Shown: positions 48,713 through 58,360, counted from the stretch's first letter. The stretch is DNA of 64,000 bases from a virus (IMGVR_UViG_3300044655_001100:1-64000); one strand, 5' to 3'. Notes: generated by a model from the sequence alone, not told the origin. Program-made: numbers and translations.

Positions 48713-50583
48713 CAAGATGCCTGTTTCAGTGATGTCACATTGTAGCGCGACATTTTTAACATGGCATCGCTCATCATATCTTCCCAAAATCCTGCCGATA
48801 CGGACAAACTTTCTGGAGAATACCCTTTTTCAATCGAAGAGCTAGACCAAATACCTTCTATTTCATTGCTTCGTGCAGTTATCCACGCACTACCAACTAA
48901 GTATTCAAATTGCTCTTTAATTTTTTCTCTTGCTGCTTCTCTCATTTCAGCTTGATCTGGGTATCCAGGGTAATGATTGCATAACGCTTCCCATGCATCA
49001 TTAAACCATTTGTGATTTAGATTAAGATATAGCGTATTGTTTCCATCATAAGACGCAAACATACCGGCGCCAATTTTTGTTAGAATATCTTCCTCATCAT
49101 CAAGCCATTGTGGGTCTGGCATAATGTAAAGATTTTCATCATATTTTATTTTACGTTGTCCTCTTTTAGCTATATTAATACGAATAGTATCGTTGTTTGG
49201 TGGGTTAGGGTTTGGTGGAGTTGGAGGTCTTGGTTTCCACGGCCTATGAATTCTAACACGTTCTGCGGTTTCATCATCGGAAGCTTCTTCTCCTTCCTTA
49301 GAAACTTGAGGGGTTGTTTTCTTTAATTTCAATCTGTCCAGCTTTTCCTGCAGGCGTTTTTTGGATTTCTCACTGGAAGATATGCTTTTGTCGTATTCCT
49401 TAATTTTATCCAATACCCATTGCGGTCTGTATTCCCACATAATCTCACTAAAATCTTCAAGCTTTACCTCCTCGTCTGGTTTATCCGTATAGGATAGAAA
49501 TGAACGGTCGCTGCTTGAAGCAATATTAAGATAATTATCCGGCAACTCTACGATAACTGATATAAATCTCCAACCAAAACGAATCCCTAACTTATGGGCG
49601 CAATCAGACCATTTCTGTTTTGTAGTATTTGAGCGTAAGTCATAAAATTCGTTTTTATAAACAATGCCTCCACGACTGCCAAATGAAAACATATTGCCGT
49701 CTTCTGCCCTTGTTCCAGATCTATTGGGTGATTTTGGATCATGGAAAAAATGAATTTTAATTCCATCTTGGCATCTAACAATATCGTGTTTATCCCACCA
49801 TGCAGATCCATCCTGCTTAATTCTATTATCCATAGCGGTCATAGTCCAGAATTGACGTGGACTCATCTCATCTGGTCTACTATGAGTTCCTTGGTGAAAA
49901 CGTATTTCCGCATTCTCTGGTATTCTAAAATAACGATTGAATAAATATAGGCCAAGCCAAAGCTGATCTTCTTTTACTTTTGGATCATAGGGATAAAAAC
50001 AAGTATTTTGATTATACTCGTTACCAAATAGCGTCACTTCCGTCCATTCATCTTCTGTAGAATAGCGACCTTCTTGAGCAACGATATCAGTAACATCATC
50101 AATTGTATCAGTTGTTCCATCTTCATATTGGTATTTCATTCTTCCATATGTTTTACCGTCATCTGAAAGCTTTAATATTGTTTCATGTACAGAACCTTGT
50201 CGGCATGATCGTATTCTAAGACCTTTTTTATTTGATTTAAGAGAGGCTATCTTGGCGCCAATTCCATAATTATCCGTGAGAGATCTAATTTTATTTAACA
50301 CTACTGAAAGATCTGACATTAAATGTAGATCTTTTCGGCTCATGCCTGGCCCATTATTCCAGATGGAAAGTTTAGGGGCATCCCCTAATTCTGGAATAAA
50401 TGTAGGATAAAATCTTATAAATCCTTTTCCAGAAACGTCTTGAGTAGAAGCCTCAATTGCGTTTTGAGTTAACTCTCGCATCATCATACCGGACGGGCAT
50501 TTTTCAATGTCGCGATAAATGGAAAATTCTTCGCCACCATCAGAAGCGTATTTTAGTGGATCAACATCATTGTATGATGCCAT
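48712..50583 (-). CDS. GHKL (Hsp90/MORC-like) ATPase-domain protein
   Basis: RELTQNA, NNGPGM and NYGIGAK Bergerat-fold motifs. Confidence 0.75.
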   Translation of the reverse strand: MASYNDVDPLKYASDGGEEFSIYRDIEKCPSGMMMRELTQNAIEASTQDVSGKGFIRFYPTFIPELGDAPKLSIWNNGPGMSRKDLHLMSDLSVVLNKIRSLTDNYGIGAKIASLKSNKKGLRIRSCRQGSVHETILKLSDDGKTYGRMKYQYEDGTTDTIDDVTDIVAQEGRYSTEDEWTEVTLFGNEYNQNTCFYPYDPKVKEDQLWLGLYLFNRYFRIPENAEIRFHQGTHSRPDEMSPRQFWTMTAMDNRIKQDGSAWWDKHDIVRCQDGIKIHFFHDPKSPNRSGTRAEDGNMFSFGSRGGIVYKNEFYDLRSNTTKQKWSDCAHKLGIRFGWRFISVIVELPDNYLNIASSSDRSFLSYTDKPDEEVKLEDFSEIMWEYRPQWVLDKIKEYDKSISSSEKSKKRLQEKLDRLKLKKTTPQVSKEGEEASDDETAERVRIHRPWKPRPPTPPNPNPPNNDTIRINIAKRGQRKIKYDENLYIMPDPQWLDDEEDILTKIGAGMFASYDGNNTLYLNLNHKWFNDAWEALCNHYPGYPDQAEMREAAREKIKEQFEYLVGSAWITARSNEIEGIWSSSSIEKGYSPESLSVSAGFWEDMMSDAMLKMSRYNVTSLKQAS

Positions 50584-50775
50584 TTTATATTCCTTTTTTT
50601 TGATTGGCTTGAAAATAAACGGGTTGTGATATTTCTTGAGAAATCATTGCACCAACCCCGTAATTTTGTTTTTTATTTAATTTACCCAACCAACTAATTG
50701 GGTCGTACATCAGTTTTCTTTTTTTGTTCTTTGAACAATTCACATCAACCCCCTTTTGTAGACGAACTTCATGCC

Positions 50776-50804
50776 GATATACGATATGCATAGATTAGCG
50801 TCAA
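50776..50804 (-). promoter_or_regulatory. Leftward sigma70-like promoter
   Basis: TTGACG-N17-TATATC in the divergent region. Confidence 0.5.
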
Positions 50805-50863
50805 TATGCAGAATGGATAATTATTCTGTTGCGTGATTATTCTACATAGTGTAATGAAGGAAA

Positions 50864-51064
50864 ATGAGCAGGAAACCTTTAGAAATCAGATACACCACTC
50901 CAGAAATGGAGCGTTTAGCGTTCTCACTTGGGGCGTATAAAGTCACTGTATGGAGCTGGCGGCGCCGTGGGGTGCCTTTGGCATGGCAGATCAAACTGCA
51001 CCAAGCAAGCAAGGGAAGCATCAAGCTTACCGATTTCGAACGTCCTACACATAAGGTCAATTAA
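50864..51064 (+). CDS. Cro/YdaS-like regulator
   Basis: LA..LG....TV..W..RGVP...I.L...S.G. Confidence 0.65.
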   Translation: MSRKPLEIRYTTPEMERLAFSLGAYKVTVWSWRRRGVPLAWQIKLHQASKGSIKLTDFERPTHKVN

Positions 51065-51068
51065 TATC

Positions 51069-51299
51069 ATGGACGATCTCGAATCCTCTGCTTTTGCTTT
51101 TTGTTCTCATTTGTCAAAAACAATACCCGATTGGGTTATTGAAATGACTAACATTCTTGTGGCGATGAAAGACAAAATCCCGTCAACTCCCACTGAAAGA
51201 TTTAATATCTATAAAAATAACAATATCCCCGAAGTGATTTATATTTCCTTTGATCGTGAAGCCACAGAAAAGGCATTAGCACGTATCCATGCGCATTGA
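51069..51299 (+). CDS. Hypothetical protein
   Basis: ATG at 51069, after the Cro-like gene. Confidence 0.45.
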   Translation: MDDLESSAFAFCSHLSKTIPDWVIEMTNILVAMKDKIPSTPTERFNIYKNNNIPEVIYISFDREATEKALARIHAH

Positions 51300-51495
51300 T
51301 GTTTCCGAAACGACGGATAGATTTTGTGACTCTTGTGGTGAATACGCCATGCTCGGCGTGGGAAGAAAAAAACCATATAAGAAAAACCCAGAGGGCGTTG
51401 AGAAGTGGTTTTGCGAAGTTTGTTTTGATCTTTACATAGGACCTACAGACGATGGCGGGGATCAGGATACAGCACGAAGCGAGGGTTCAGCGTGA
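51289..51495 (+). CDS. Small zinc-finger protein
   Basis: CDSC...WFCEVC. Confidence 0.5.
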   Translation: MRIDVSETTDRFCDSCGEYAMLGVGRKKPYKKNPEGVEKWFCEVCFDLYIGPTDDGGDQDTARSEGSA

Positions 51496-51817
51496 AATCG
51501 TTAACTACATTCGTACAGTGGCTCCAGACTGCATGGTATTTGCCATCCCAAACGGCTCCCAAAGAACCGCCACAGGGCGCCCAGCTAATGCGGTTGTGGG
51601 CTTTACTGCAGGCGCACCGGATCTGGTGGTAGTTATTCCAGGCGGAAGGGTTCTGTGGCTAGAGGTTAAAGCTGACAAGGGACGTGTAAGCGATGCCCAG
51701 CTTGCCTTTCATTTACAACTGCAAGCAAGAGGCCATGACGTTGCGGTAGTTAGATCAATTGATGAAGTAAGAAATGCCTTTCGTGTTCTTGATATTAAAA
51801 CAAGGGAAATCCTATGA
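51452..51817 (+). CDS. VRR-NUC domain nuclease
   Basis: E...Q; IPNG; GAPDL; LEVK...G.VS..Q. Confidence 0.85.
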   Translation: MAGIRIQHEARVQREIVNYIRTVAPDCMVFAIPNGSQRTATGRPANAVVGFTAGAPDLVVVIPGGRVLWLEVKADKGRVSDAQLAFHLQLQARGHDVAVVRSIDEVRNAFRVLDIKTREIL

Positions 51818-52341
51818 GTGTTAAAACAATTACCTGGACGGAAGAAATGGTCTCTTTGTTAAAAGAGAATGCGTCTCAAGGTCTTTCTGCTTCCGAAATA
51901 GCAGCAATTTTAAAAAATCAATTTCATTTGCCTTTCACCAGAAATGCCGTAATTGGCAAGGCTCACCGAATTAAAGTCAAAGTTGGGCGGCACAAATTAA
52001 TTGTTACAAAACCGGCGCCGAAGCCTGTACCGAAACCAGCACCTAAAGTTGAAACGGTTGTTGAGGCTAAGGCTCCCAAGAAACCAGTAAATAAAATTAA
52101 ATTCATTGTTCCTAAGTCAACAGTTATGCACGAATTTAAAAACCCAAAAGCACTGGGCATCGAATTGCTTTTTTTGAAAGAAGGCCAATGCCGGTATCCG
52201 CTAGGCGATGTTCAAAAGAACAATCTTAGGTTCTGCGCTGCACCAGTAGATTATGGAAGAAGCCAGTCTTACTGCGCTGATTGCTATTCTATTGTTTACT
52301 GCGCACCAAACTTTCATAAAAAAAGGGCAGCTACCGCTTAG
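51814..52341 (+). CDS. gcrA: GcrA cell-cycle regulator homolog
   Basis: WTEE...L.....GLSASEIA...TRNAVIGKAHR; L.L....CRYPLGD...FC....YC. Confidence 0.88.
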   Translation: MSVKTITWTEEMVSLLKENASQGLSASEIAAILKNQFHLPFTRNAVIGKAHRIKVKVGRHKLIVTKPAPKPVPKPAPKVETVVEAKAPKKPVNKIKFIVPKSTVMHEFKNPKALGIELLFLKEGQCRYPLGDVQKNNLRFCAAPVDYGRSQSYCADCYSIVYCAPNFHKKRAATA

Positions 52342-52350
52342 TAGCCGCCC
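52318..52350 (-). terminator. Rho-independent terminator of the ParB-MT-A70 gene
   Basis: GGGCGGCTAC-TAAGCG-GTAGCTGCCC followed by T7 on the minus strand. Confidence 0.65.
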
Positions 52351-52363
52351 CAAGTTAACCTAA

Positions 52364-53722
52364 TTAAAATCCATCCTCATCCTCATCATCCCAAAAATTA
52401 TCTGATTTAGTTTCTTTCAGGAATGATGGGATGTTTTCCTCTGGTTCATTTGTATCAGTTTCTGATACATCATTAGTTTCTGGCGCCTCTAAACCCCATG
52501 CTTCCCAGCCATCTCTTGCTCTTCTGGCATTCAATTCAATTTTGGGAAGGCTAGGAAAATAAGCTTCAATCATCCGGTAAATGCTGTCTGGCTTTACGCT
52601 GTGTTCCTGTACAGGATCGCTGAACACAGACGGGAATTGTGAACCAGGGGCTGGAGAAGGAATCACTCCCTTTACGCCAACCAATAAAATCTCATGCTGG
52701 TTTCTAAACCAGTAACCAGTTCCCATGCGATCTTTAACCCAGACTGCTTGAGACTTGTACGTGAAGCCCCATGATTCCATCACCCGCAAAGCATCGGGAA
52801 GCATTGGAACTGTAGCCCAGAGAAACAAAACAGAATTCCTATCTGCAATATCTCCTATTGGGAGATTGCAAATATCATCTGTTGTTTGACATGGATAATG
52901 ATTATCAGCGGATCGATCCATTCCGTTATCGCTGAAGGTTTTAAATTTCCACGGTGGATCAGCCAAAATGATTCCAAACTTGGCATCCGGTAGGGATATT
53001 TGTTTCTGACCTAGGACACGTTCCTTCTCGGCTCGTTCCTGCTTTTTTACCTCAGCCCTTGCCGATACCTTCTCTCCTCCTCTGGCCCTTTCAATCAGAG
53101 CGGCCTGTACATCCTCAGCCAGCTTCGCCAGTGCGTCTAATTCAACGCCAGCATCCAATGAGGTGCCTACGAGCTCAGCGATATCCTTGATGCTTTTAAC
53201 CCGCTTTGCGTCCCGCTCTACTGCTGCAGAGGATCGATTGGTGTCCCTAGCCACGGCTTGGGCTGAGTTGGAATGTTTGGTCTCAGATAGTTTCCCCTCA
53301 AATTGAGAGGAAATTCCCTCGTCTGATTCGTCCCTTGGACCAGTTTTGAGTCGGTATTTTATTTCTGCGATCTCTTTGAGTCGCGCAAAGTGCATAGATT
53401 GTTGGGCTGCAGTCAGTTCGTGCCGAATCAAATTTTCGCAAAGTTCAATTTGCTCTGCGTCTAGGGCATCTATTCCCTCTAAAACAGTGGCTTGGATATT
53501 TTCCCATTTAAGCCTTTTGGCTGCTTCCAGACGATGGCGCCCAGCAATCAGAACATATCCGTTTTCTTCTGTACGCCGTACGCAGATGGGATTTATCAGA
53601 CCAATATCACCCATAGATGCAGCGAGTCTTTCAACAAGGTCTGGTCTTTTGGGAATATGCCGATCATCAGAAATATGAATTAAAACAACACCAATATTCT
53701 CAACATTATGTTGATTTGTCAT
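52364..53722 (-). CDS. ParB-like domain fused to MT-A70 adenine methyltransferase
   Basis: GLINPI.V...LIAGRHRLEA...EN; ILADPPW...HY...LFLW...WGF.Y...HS.KP...IEL.AR. Confidence 0.88.
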   Translation of the reverse strand: MTNQHNVENIGVVLIHISDDRHIPKRPDLVERLAASMGDIGLINPICVRRTEENGYVLIAGRHRLEAAKRLKWENIQATVLEGIDALDAEQIELCENLIRHELTAAQQSMHFARLKEIAEIKYRLKTGPRDESDEGISSQFEGKLSETKHSNSAQAVARDTNRSSAAVERDAKRVKSIKDIAELVGTSLDAGVELDALAKLAEDVQAALIERARGGEKVSARAEVKKQERAEKERVLGQKQISLPDAKFGIILADPPWKFKTFSDNGMDRSADNHYPCQTTDDICNLPIGDIADRNSVLFLWATVPMLPDALRVMESWGFTYKSQAVWVKDRMGTGYWFRNQHEILLVGVKGVIPSPAPGSQFPSVFSDPVQEHSVKPDSIYRMIEAYFPSLPKIELNARRARDGWEAWGLEAPETNDVSETDTNEPEENIPSFLKETKSDNFWDDEDEDGF

Positions 53723-53908
53723 GCGCCAACTCCTTATTAGGGCGCAGCGTCATAACATGGACTCAAGTATAATTATAGGGAAAAAAAGCGGCGGCGAGGA
53801 TGGTTGACATCACTCAGCCGCCAAGATACCTTTGGGGTATCAATTACGGGATTGCCGTCCCTAATTGATGACACTGCGTGAATAAAAACGATAGATCAGG
53901 ATTTATCC

Positions 53909-54169
53909 ATGTCACCAACTGACAATAAAAATACCGTCGAGAAGAACAAAAAGCAACCCCCTGTCGATGCACGGGCTGCACATGAACTGACGGCTAAGAT
54001 TCTCAACCATCTCCGCATGTCTGTCCATTACGCCCATCTGGCGGCAGACCATGACGAAATCTTTGATAACTTTGGGTTTGACCGTTCCGTAGAGCATTTT
54101 ATCGGCCATGCCAAAGACGTAGCCACCCTCCTCAATAAGTTGAGAAAAACTAGGGGGGTAACGGAATGA
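53909..54169 (+). CDS. Hypothetical protein
   Basis: AGGA SD. Confidence 0.5.
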   Translation: MSPTDNKNTVEKNKKQPPVDARAAHELTAKILNHLRMSVHYAHLAADHDEIFDNFGFDRSVEHFIGHAKDVATLLNKLRKTRGVTE

Positions 54170-54190
54170 AGTAGCTTTATTGTATATACA

Positions 54191-54545
54191 CCCCTCACGT
54201 AGCAGAGCCTTTTGAGGCCCATAGTAGCAGCGGCAGAACCGTGGCGAATGGGATCAGGTGAGGGAAGCGTCGTAGTATCGGACGTTAAAACGATGCCGCA
54301 CGAAGAGACTGAAAAACTACGTCAACGACGTATATTGGCAAGAGGTATACGCTCGTCACCGACAGAGAGATAGCTGCGGTTATGGTTTGGTAAATGCTGT
54401 CCACCAGACCGTTGTTCTTAGATGAGCAACAACCCGCATCCTTGCAGCGTTATGGATGGGACTCAACTCAACCGATTAAAACGCCTCTACCCCCTTACTA
54501 GGGGGGATAGGTGCGTCTGAACAGGATCTAATCTAACCGATTAAA
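54191..54545 (+). ncRNA. Candidate large structured ncRNA / replication origin
   Basis: No credible ORF; many stems; AACCGATTAAA direct repeats. Confidence 0.5.
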
Positions 54546-54553
54546 GTGATAAA

Positions 54554-54658
54554 ATGGAAAACTTCATACAAATAAAACAGGAAAATGAAGCCATCGTAGC
54601 AGTCTGGATCTTGGGCGCCGTATGCGGGATATTATTATATTGGTGGAATTCTAGATGA
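54554..54658 (+). CDS. Small membrane peptide (34 aa)
   Basis: MENFIQIKQENEAIVAVWILGAVCGILLYWWNSR; ATGA overlap with the next gene. Confidence 0.4.
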   Translation: MENFIQIKQENEAIVAVWILGAVCGILLYWWNSR

Positions 54659-55140
54659 GAGTAATAACGCTAAGTCCTAAAGAATGCGCTTGGGGAATTG
54701 AGGTGGGTTACAAACGTATGTTTGAAAGCCCAAAGCAAGGGTATAAGGACAGTAGAGAATTAGCGGATGCCCCGGTAAGAACTAAAATCTGGATTGACGT
54801 TAATGGCGCCTGTGGTGAACTGGCTGCTTGCCTGGCACTAAATGTTGATTGGTCTGCCTCAGTTAACACTCCCGATGACCCAGATATAGTTATTGGTGAA
54901 AATAAAATAGATGTTAAAACCGCTGATAGGCATGGTAAAAGATTATTGATCCCAGATCATAATATAAATAAGCGATTGGATTGGTGGTATCTTCATGTTA
55001 CTGGATGCATACCAACGTATCATGTATGGGGCGCCATAAAGGTTACAGATGCATTTGAAGTAGGCAGTTATGAAGACCCAGACGGAAGAGGATGGGCTTC
55101 TTTCGTTGACAAAGTTGATTTAACTAAGAAATTCACGTGA
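54655..55140 (+). CDS. Hypothetical protein, possible PD-(D/E)xK fold
   Basis: GELA...PD....IDVKT. Confidence 0.55.
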   Translation: MRVITLSPKECAWGIEVGYKRMFESPKQGYKDSRELADAPVRTKIWIDVNGACGELAACLALNVDWSASVNTPDDPDIVIGENKIDVKTADRHGKRLLIPDHNINKRLDWWYLHVTGCIPTYHVWGAIKVTDAFEVGSYEDPDGRGWASFVDKVDLTKKFT

Positions 55141-55568
55141 GAAATAAAATGGACGAAGAAAAAATTGAATCCGTAACATTTTATAAACAGTCTTATTATT
55201 CTACGCAAATATTTGAAAAGAATAATGCTGTTGGCTCGTTGATGAAAATATCTTTACCAAGGGTTAAGTTTCTTGAAAAGGATGGAGAATATCGTCCGGC
55301 ATGGGCTGTAGAAAAAGATAAGCCAAAAACAGTCATTCCCCCAGATGCGCCAGCCGCACAACATCGTGCTTTTAAAAAAGAAACTCGTAGAAAGTTAATG
55401 TACAAGCGTGGTGGCTATCCAATTACGCCGTTAGAACAAAAAGTATTTGATTTATTTGAACAAGGTCTTAGCTTAGCAGATGTATGCGAACAGACACGTA
55501 AAACACCGTCTACAGTCAGCGGTGCTTACAAAAGATATCAGATAAAAATACTAGCCAATAAAAAGTAA
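55137..55568 (+). CDS. Hypothetical protein with C-terminal sigma4/LuxR-like HTH
   Basis: TPLEQKVF.L...GLS..DV......STV. Confidence 0.55.
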   Translation: MRNKMDEEKIESVTFYKQSYYSTQIFEKNNAVGSLMKISLPRVKFLEKDGEYRPAWAVEKDKPKTVIPPDAPAAQHRAFKKETRRKLMYKRGGYPITPLEQKVFDLFEQGLSLADVCEQTRKTPSTVSGAYKRYQIKILANKK

Positions 55569-55613
55569 ATCTGATAAGCTGCCCCCCGTTAACACAAACA
55601 ATCGGGGTCACAG

Positions 55614-56192
55614 ATGAAAGTATTAACAAAGCCGCGAGAATTGGTATCTATTGATATAATTAAAGAATTTCTAGATTATAATGATAATACAGGGAAGCTG
55701 TATTGGAAAGTAAGAGATATTAAGTATTTTAATGATGGTGAGAGAAAAGCTAATGCATGTTCTATATGGAATTCTAGATATTCTGGGAAAGAGGCTGGAT
55801 GCATAGATGGCAGTAACAGAATTATTATAAGAATATTTAAAAATACATTTTTTGCTCATAGGCTTGCCTTTATTATTATGAAAGGGAGAGAACCAATTGA
55901 GCAAATAGATCACATTAATGGTGATTCTTTAGACAATAGATGGTGTAATCTTAGAGAATGTTTTGATTATGAAAATAAGCAAAATTTAACTTTGCGGTCA
56001 GATAGTTCTACAAAAGTTCAAGGTGTATATTTTCACAAAAAACGTACAAAAAATCCTTACGAATCTAGAATTAGATTGCGCGGCAAATCTTATCATCTAG
56101 GTATGTTTAAAACATCTGAAGAAGCAGATAAGGCATACTTAAAAGCAAAACAAAAATTACATACCTTCCAACCAACTCCAAGGGAGGGTTGA
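55614..56192 (+). CDS. HNH endonuclease with AP2-like domain
   Basis: AHRLAF...IDHING...DNRWCNLR; GV...LG.F.T.EEA..AY. Confidence 0.9.
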   Translation: MKVLTKPRELVSIDIIKEFLDYNDNTGKLYWKVRDIKYFNDGERKANACSIWNSRYSGKEAGCIDGSNRIIIRIFKNTFFAHRLAFIIMKGREPIEQIDHINGDSLDNRWCNLRECFDYENKQNLTLRSDSSTKVQGVYFHKKRTKNPYESRIRLRGKSYHLGMFKTSEEADKAYLKAKQKLHTFQPTPREG

Positions 56193-56196
56193 TATT

Positions 56197-57705
56197 ATGA
56201 AACAACTTCGTCCATATCAAACACAAGCTGTTAAAGAATTTTGGAACGTTTTTGATAAAGGAGAAAAACTTGTATTTGCTGCCCCCACAGGTGCTGGGAA
56301 AACTCGCGTTGCAGCCGAAATATTTTCCGTTGCAAGAGAGCGTGGTCTTAGATGCGCTTTTACTGTTCCATTCCTTTCATTGATAGATCAAACATGGGAT
56401 GCTTTTGCTCACGTTGGGATCAGTGAGCGTGATATGTCAATTATTCAGGCTGATAATCCTTTTTGTGACTATTCAAAAAATGTCCAAATATGTTCGGCTG
56501 ACACGCTTGTCCGCAGGAAAAATTTACCTGAAGTTGACGTTGTAATTTTTGATGAAGCTCATAGGCAATCTAAAATTTATAAAAGATGGATGGATGAATA
56601 TCCTAATGTTAAATTTTTGGCTATGTCAGCAACCCCGTGGGCCAAAGGCATGGCAGAGATCTGGGATAGATTGATTATAGTCAGTACAACAAGGGAATTA
56701 ATAGAGCAGAAATATTTATGCGATTATAAATATTACGCTCCCACGAGTCCTGATCTTACTGGCGTTAGAATTATTGCAGGCGACTACCATGAAGGAGAAT
56801 TGGGTAGCGCCATGAACAAGCCAGAGTTGATCGCAGATATCGTAAAAACATGGAAAGAAAAAGCAGAGAATCGCCCTACTTTATGCTTTTGTGTGACGAG
56901 AGAACATGCAAGAGAAGTTCAATCGCAGTTTTTAGAGAATGGCGTGGCTGCAGGCTATTGCGATGCTTATACCAGTGTAAGTGATCGCAAGGAATTAATT
57001 GATCAGCTTAAAACTGGTCAATTAAAGATTGTCGTTAATATTGGTACTTTAACTACAGGACTTGATGCTCCATTTTTAAGTTGTATCATTTTGGCTAGGC
57101 CAACTAAAAGTGAAATGTTATTTTTGCAAATTGTTGGTAGAGGTTTGCGCACTCATGGGTCTAAAGATCATTGTTTAATTCTTGATCATTCAGATACCGG
57201 GTTAAATCTTGGATTGCCTTGCACCATTCATTACACTGATTTGAAATCTGGAAAGATATCAAAGGAAGCTAAGGCGGCAGCTAAAGAAGCAGCTAAGGAA
57301 AAAAATACAAAACCTCATAAGTGCATTTCTTGCAATCACGTACATGATCGTTCGCTTATGGTCTGCCCCAGCTGTGGTCATATCCGCAAACGCATCAGCG
57401 ATGTTATTATGCGTGAAGGATATTTGTCTCAACTAGATCGTGACGGTAGCCAGAAAGCAATCATTGGCGTTGACAGAGCTATAAGACAAGATTGGTATAG
57501 TGGTCTTTTATATATCTGTATGGAACGGGGGTATGCCCAAGGCTGGGCTGCGCACAAATGGAAGGAAAAATTTGGTGGATTCCCCGATAACTATAACAAG
57601 ATTGCTAAGCCTCCTTCAAATGCTGTTCGCAGTTGGGTACGTTCTCGTCAGATTGCCTATGCTAAGGCTAAACAAAAGCAAACCGCACAGGGTATCACAT
57701 TCTGA
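56197..57705 (+). CDS. SF2 (DEAH) DNA helicase with C-terminal zinc finger
   Basis: LRPYQ, APTGAGKT, DEAH, SATP, GLDAP, QIVGRGLR, CxxC..CxxC. Confidence 0.92.
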   Translation: MKQLRPYQTQAVKEFWNVFDKGEKLVFAAPTGAGKTRVAAEIFSVARERGLRCAFTVPFLSLIDQTWDAFAHVGISERDMSIIQADNPFCDYSKNVQICSADTLVRRKNLPEVDVVIFDEAHRQSKIYKRWMDEYPNVKFLAMSATPWAKGMAEIWDRLIIVSTTRELIEQKYLCDYKYYAPTSPDLTGVRIIAGDYHEGELGSAMNKPELIADIVKTWKEKAENRPTLCFCVTREHAREVQSQFLENGVAAGYCDAYTSVSDRKELIDQLKTGQLKIVVNIGTLTTGLDAPFLSCIILARPTKSEMLFLQIVGRGLRTHGSKDHCLILDHSDTGLNLGLPCTIHYTDLKSGKISKEAKAAAKEAAKEKNTKPHKCISCNHVHDRSLMVCPSCGHIRKRISDVIMREGYLSQLDRDGSQKAIIGVDRAIRQDWYSGLLYICMERGYAQGWAAHKWKEKFGGFPDNYNKIAKPPSNAVRSWVRSRQIAYAKAKQKQTAQGITF

Positions 57706-57769
57706 TCTGTGATTGTATTGTAAATATAAGCCTCTTTCCTGTATATTGCGTTAAATCACGATTTATGGG

Positions 57770-58309
57770 ATGGGGGCTTCATTGGCTAGGGCTGGGCGCA
57801 AGCGTAAAATAAATGTTGAGCGCTATCCTAGTGGCGAGGCTAAACCCTCAAATGAGGTTAGCCCTGTTGCTATAAAGAGATTAATTATGGCTGCTACTGC
57901 ACGTATGGCTGATCCAGAGTGGGGATCGGTGATAGGCCGGTATTTTTTAACTGGGCAGATAACGCAATCACAATATGAAGCAGCTAAAAAGTTTGGCGCC
58001 CTAGCCGAATCATATGACCGCATGATGCAGGGTCCTAAGCCTCCAGCCCAGTGTATGGGGGAGAGAATTGTCAGTGCTCAAATTGATCCCTTCTCAGAAG
58101 CGGGTGAAGCAGAGGTTGAGCGCCATAAGGTAGTATCGGATAGCTTTGAAAAGATCCGTGGCATTGTGGGCAACCATTTATTGTTTGATGAGATGCGCCG
58201 GGTATGTGGTGGGGTTGGAGAGCTTCCAGAAAACTATGCTCGTTTTCTTATGATTAAAGCCGCTTTAGATAGCCTTGTTATCTTCTGGAAGATTGACTCA
58301 AAAAAGTAA
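57770..58309 (+). CDS. Conserved alphaproteobacterial phage protein (possible late regulator)
   Basis: AGRKRK...R.PSG; G..IGR....G.IT..QYEAA..F. Confidence 0.5.
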   Translation: MGASLARAGRKRKINVERYPSGEAKPSNEVSPVAIKRLIMAATARMADPEWGSVIGRYFLTGQITQSQYEAAKKFGALAESYDRMMQGPKPPAQCMGERIVSAQIDPFSEAGEAEVERHKVVSDSFEKIRGIVGNHLLFDEMRRVCGGVGELPENYARFLMIKAALDSLVIFWKIDSKK

Positions 58310-58360
58310 TTGATTTAAGTCAAGTGTGTCTTCCCCCTTGGAAGATTAACCTCCCACTTA

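Noticed and set aside
50585-50791. 68-aa ORF as the missing CI repressor
   Set aside because: No HTH pattern, and its start overlaps the predicted promoter.
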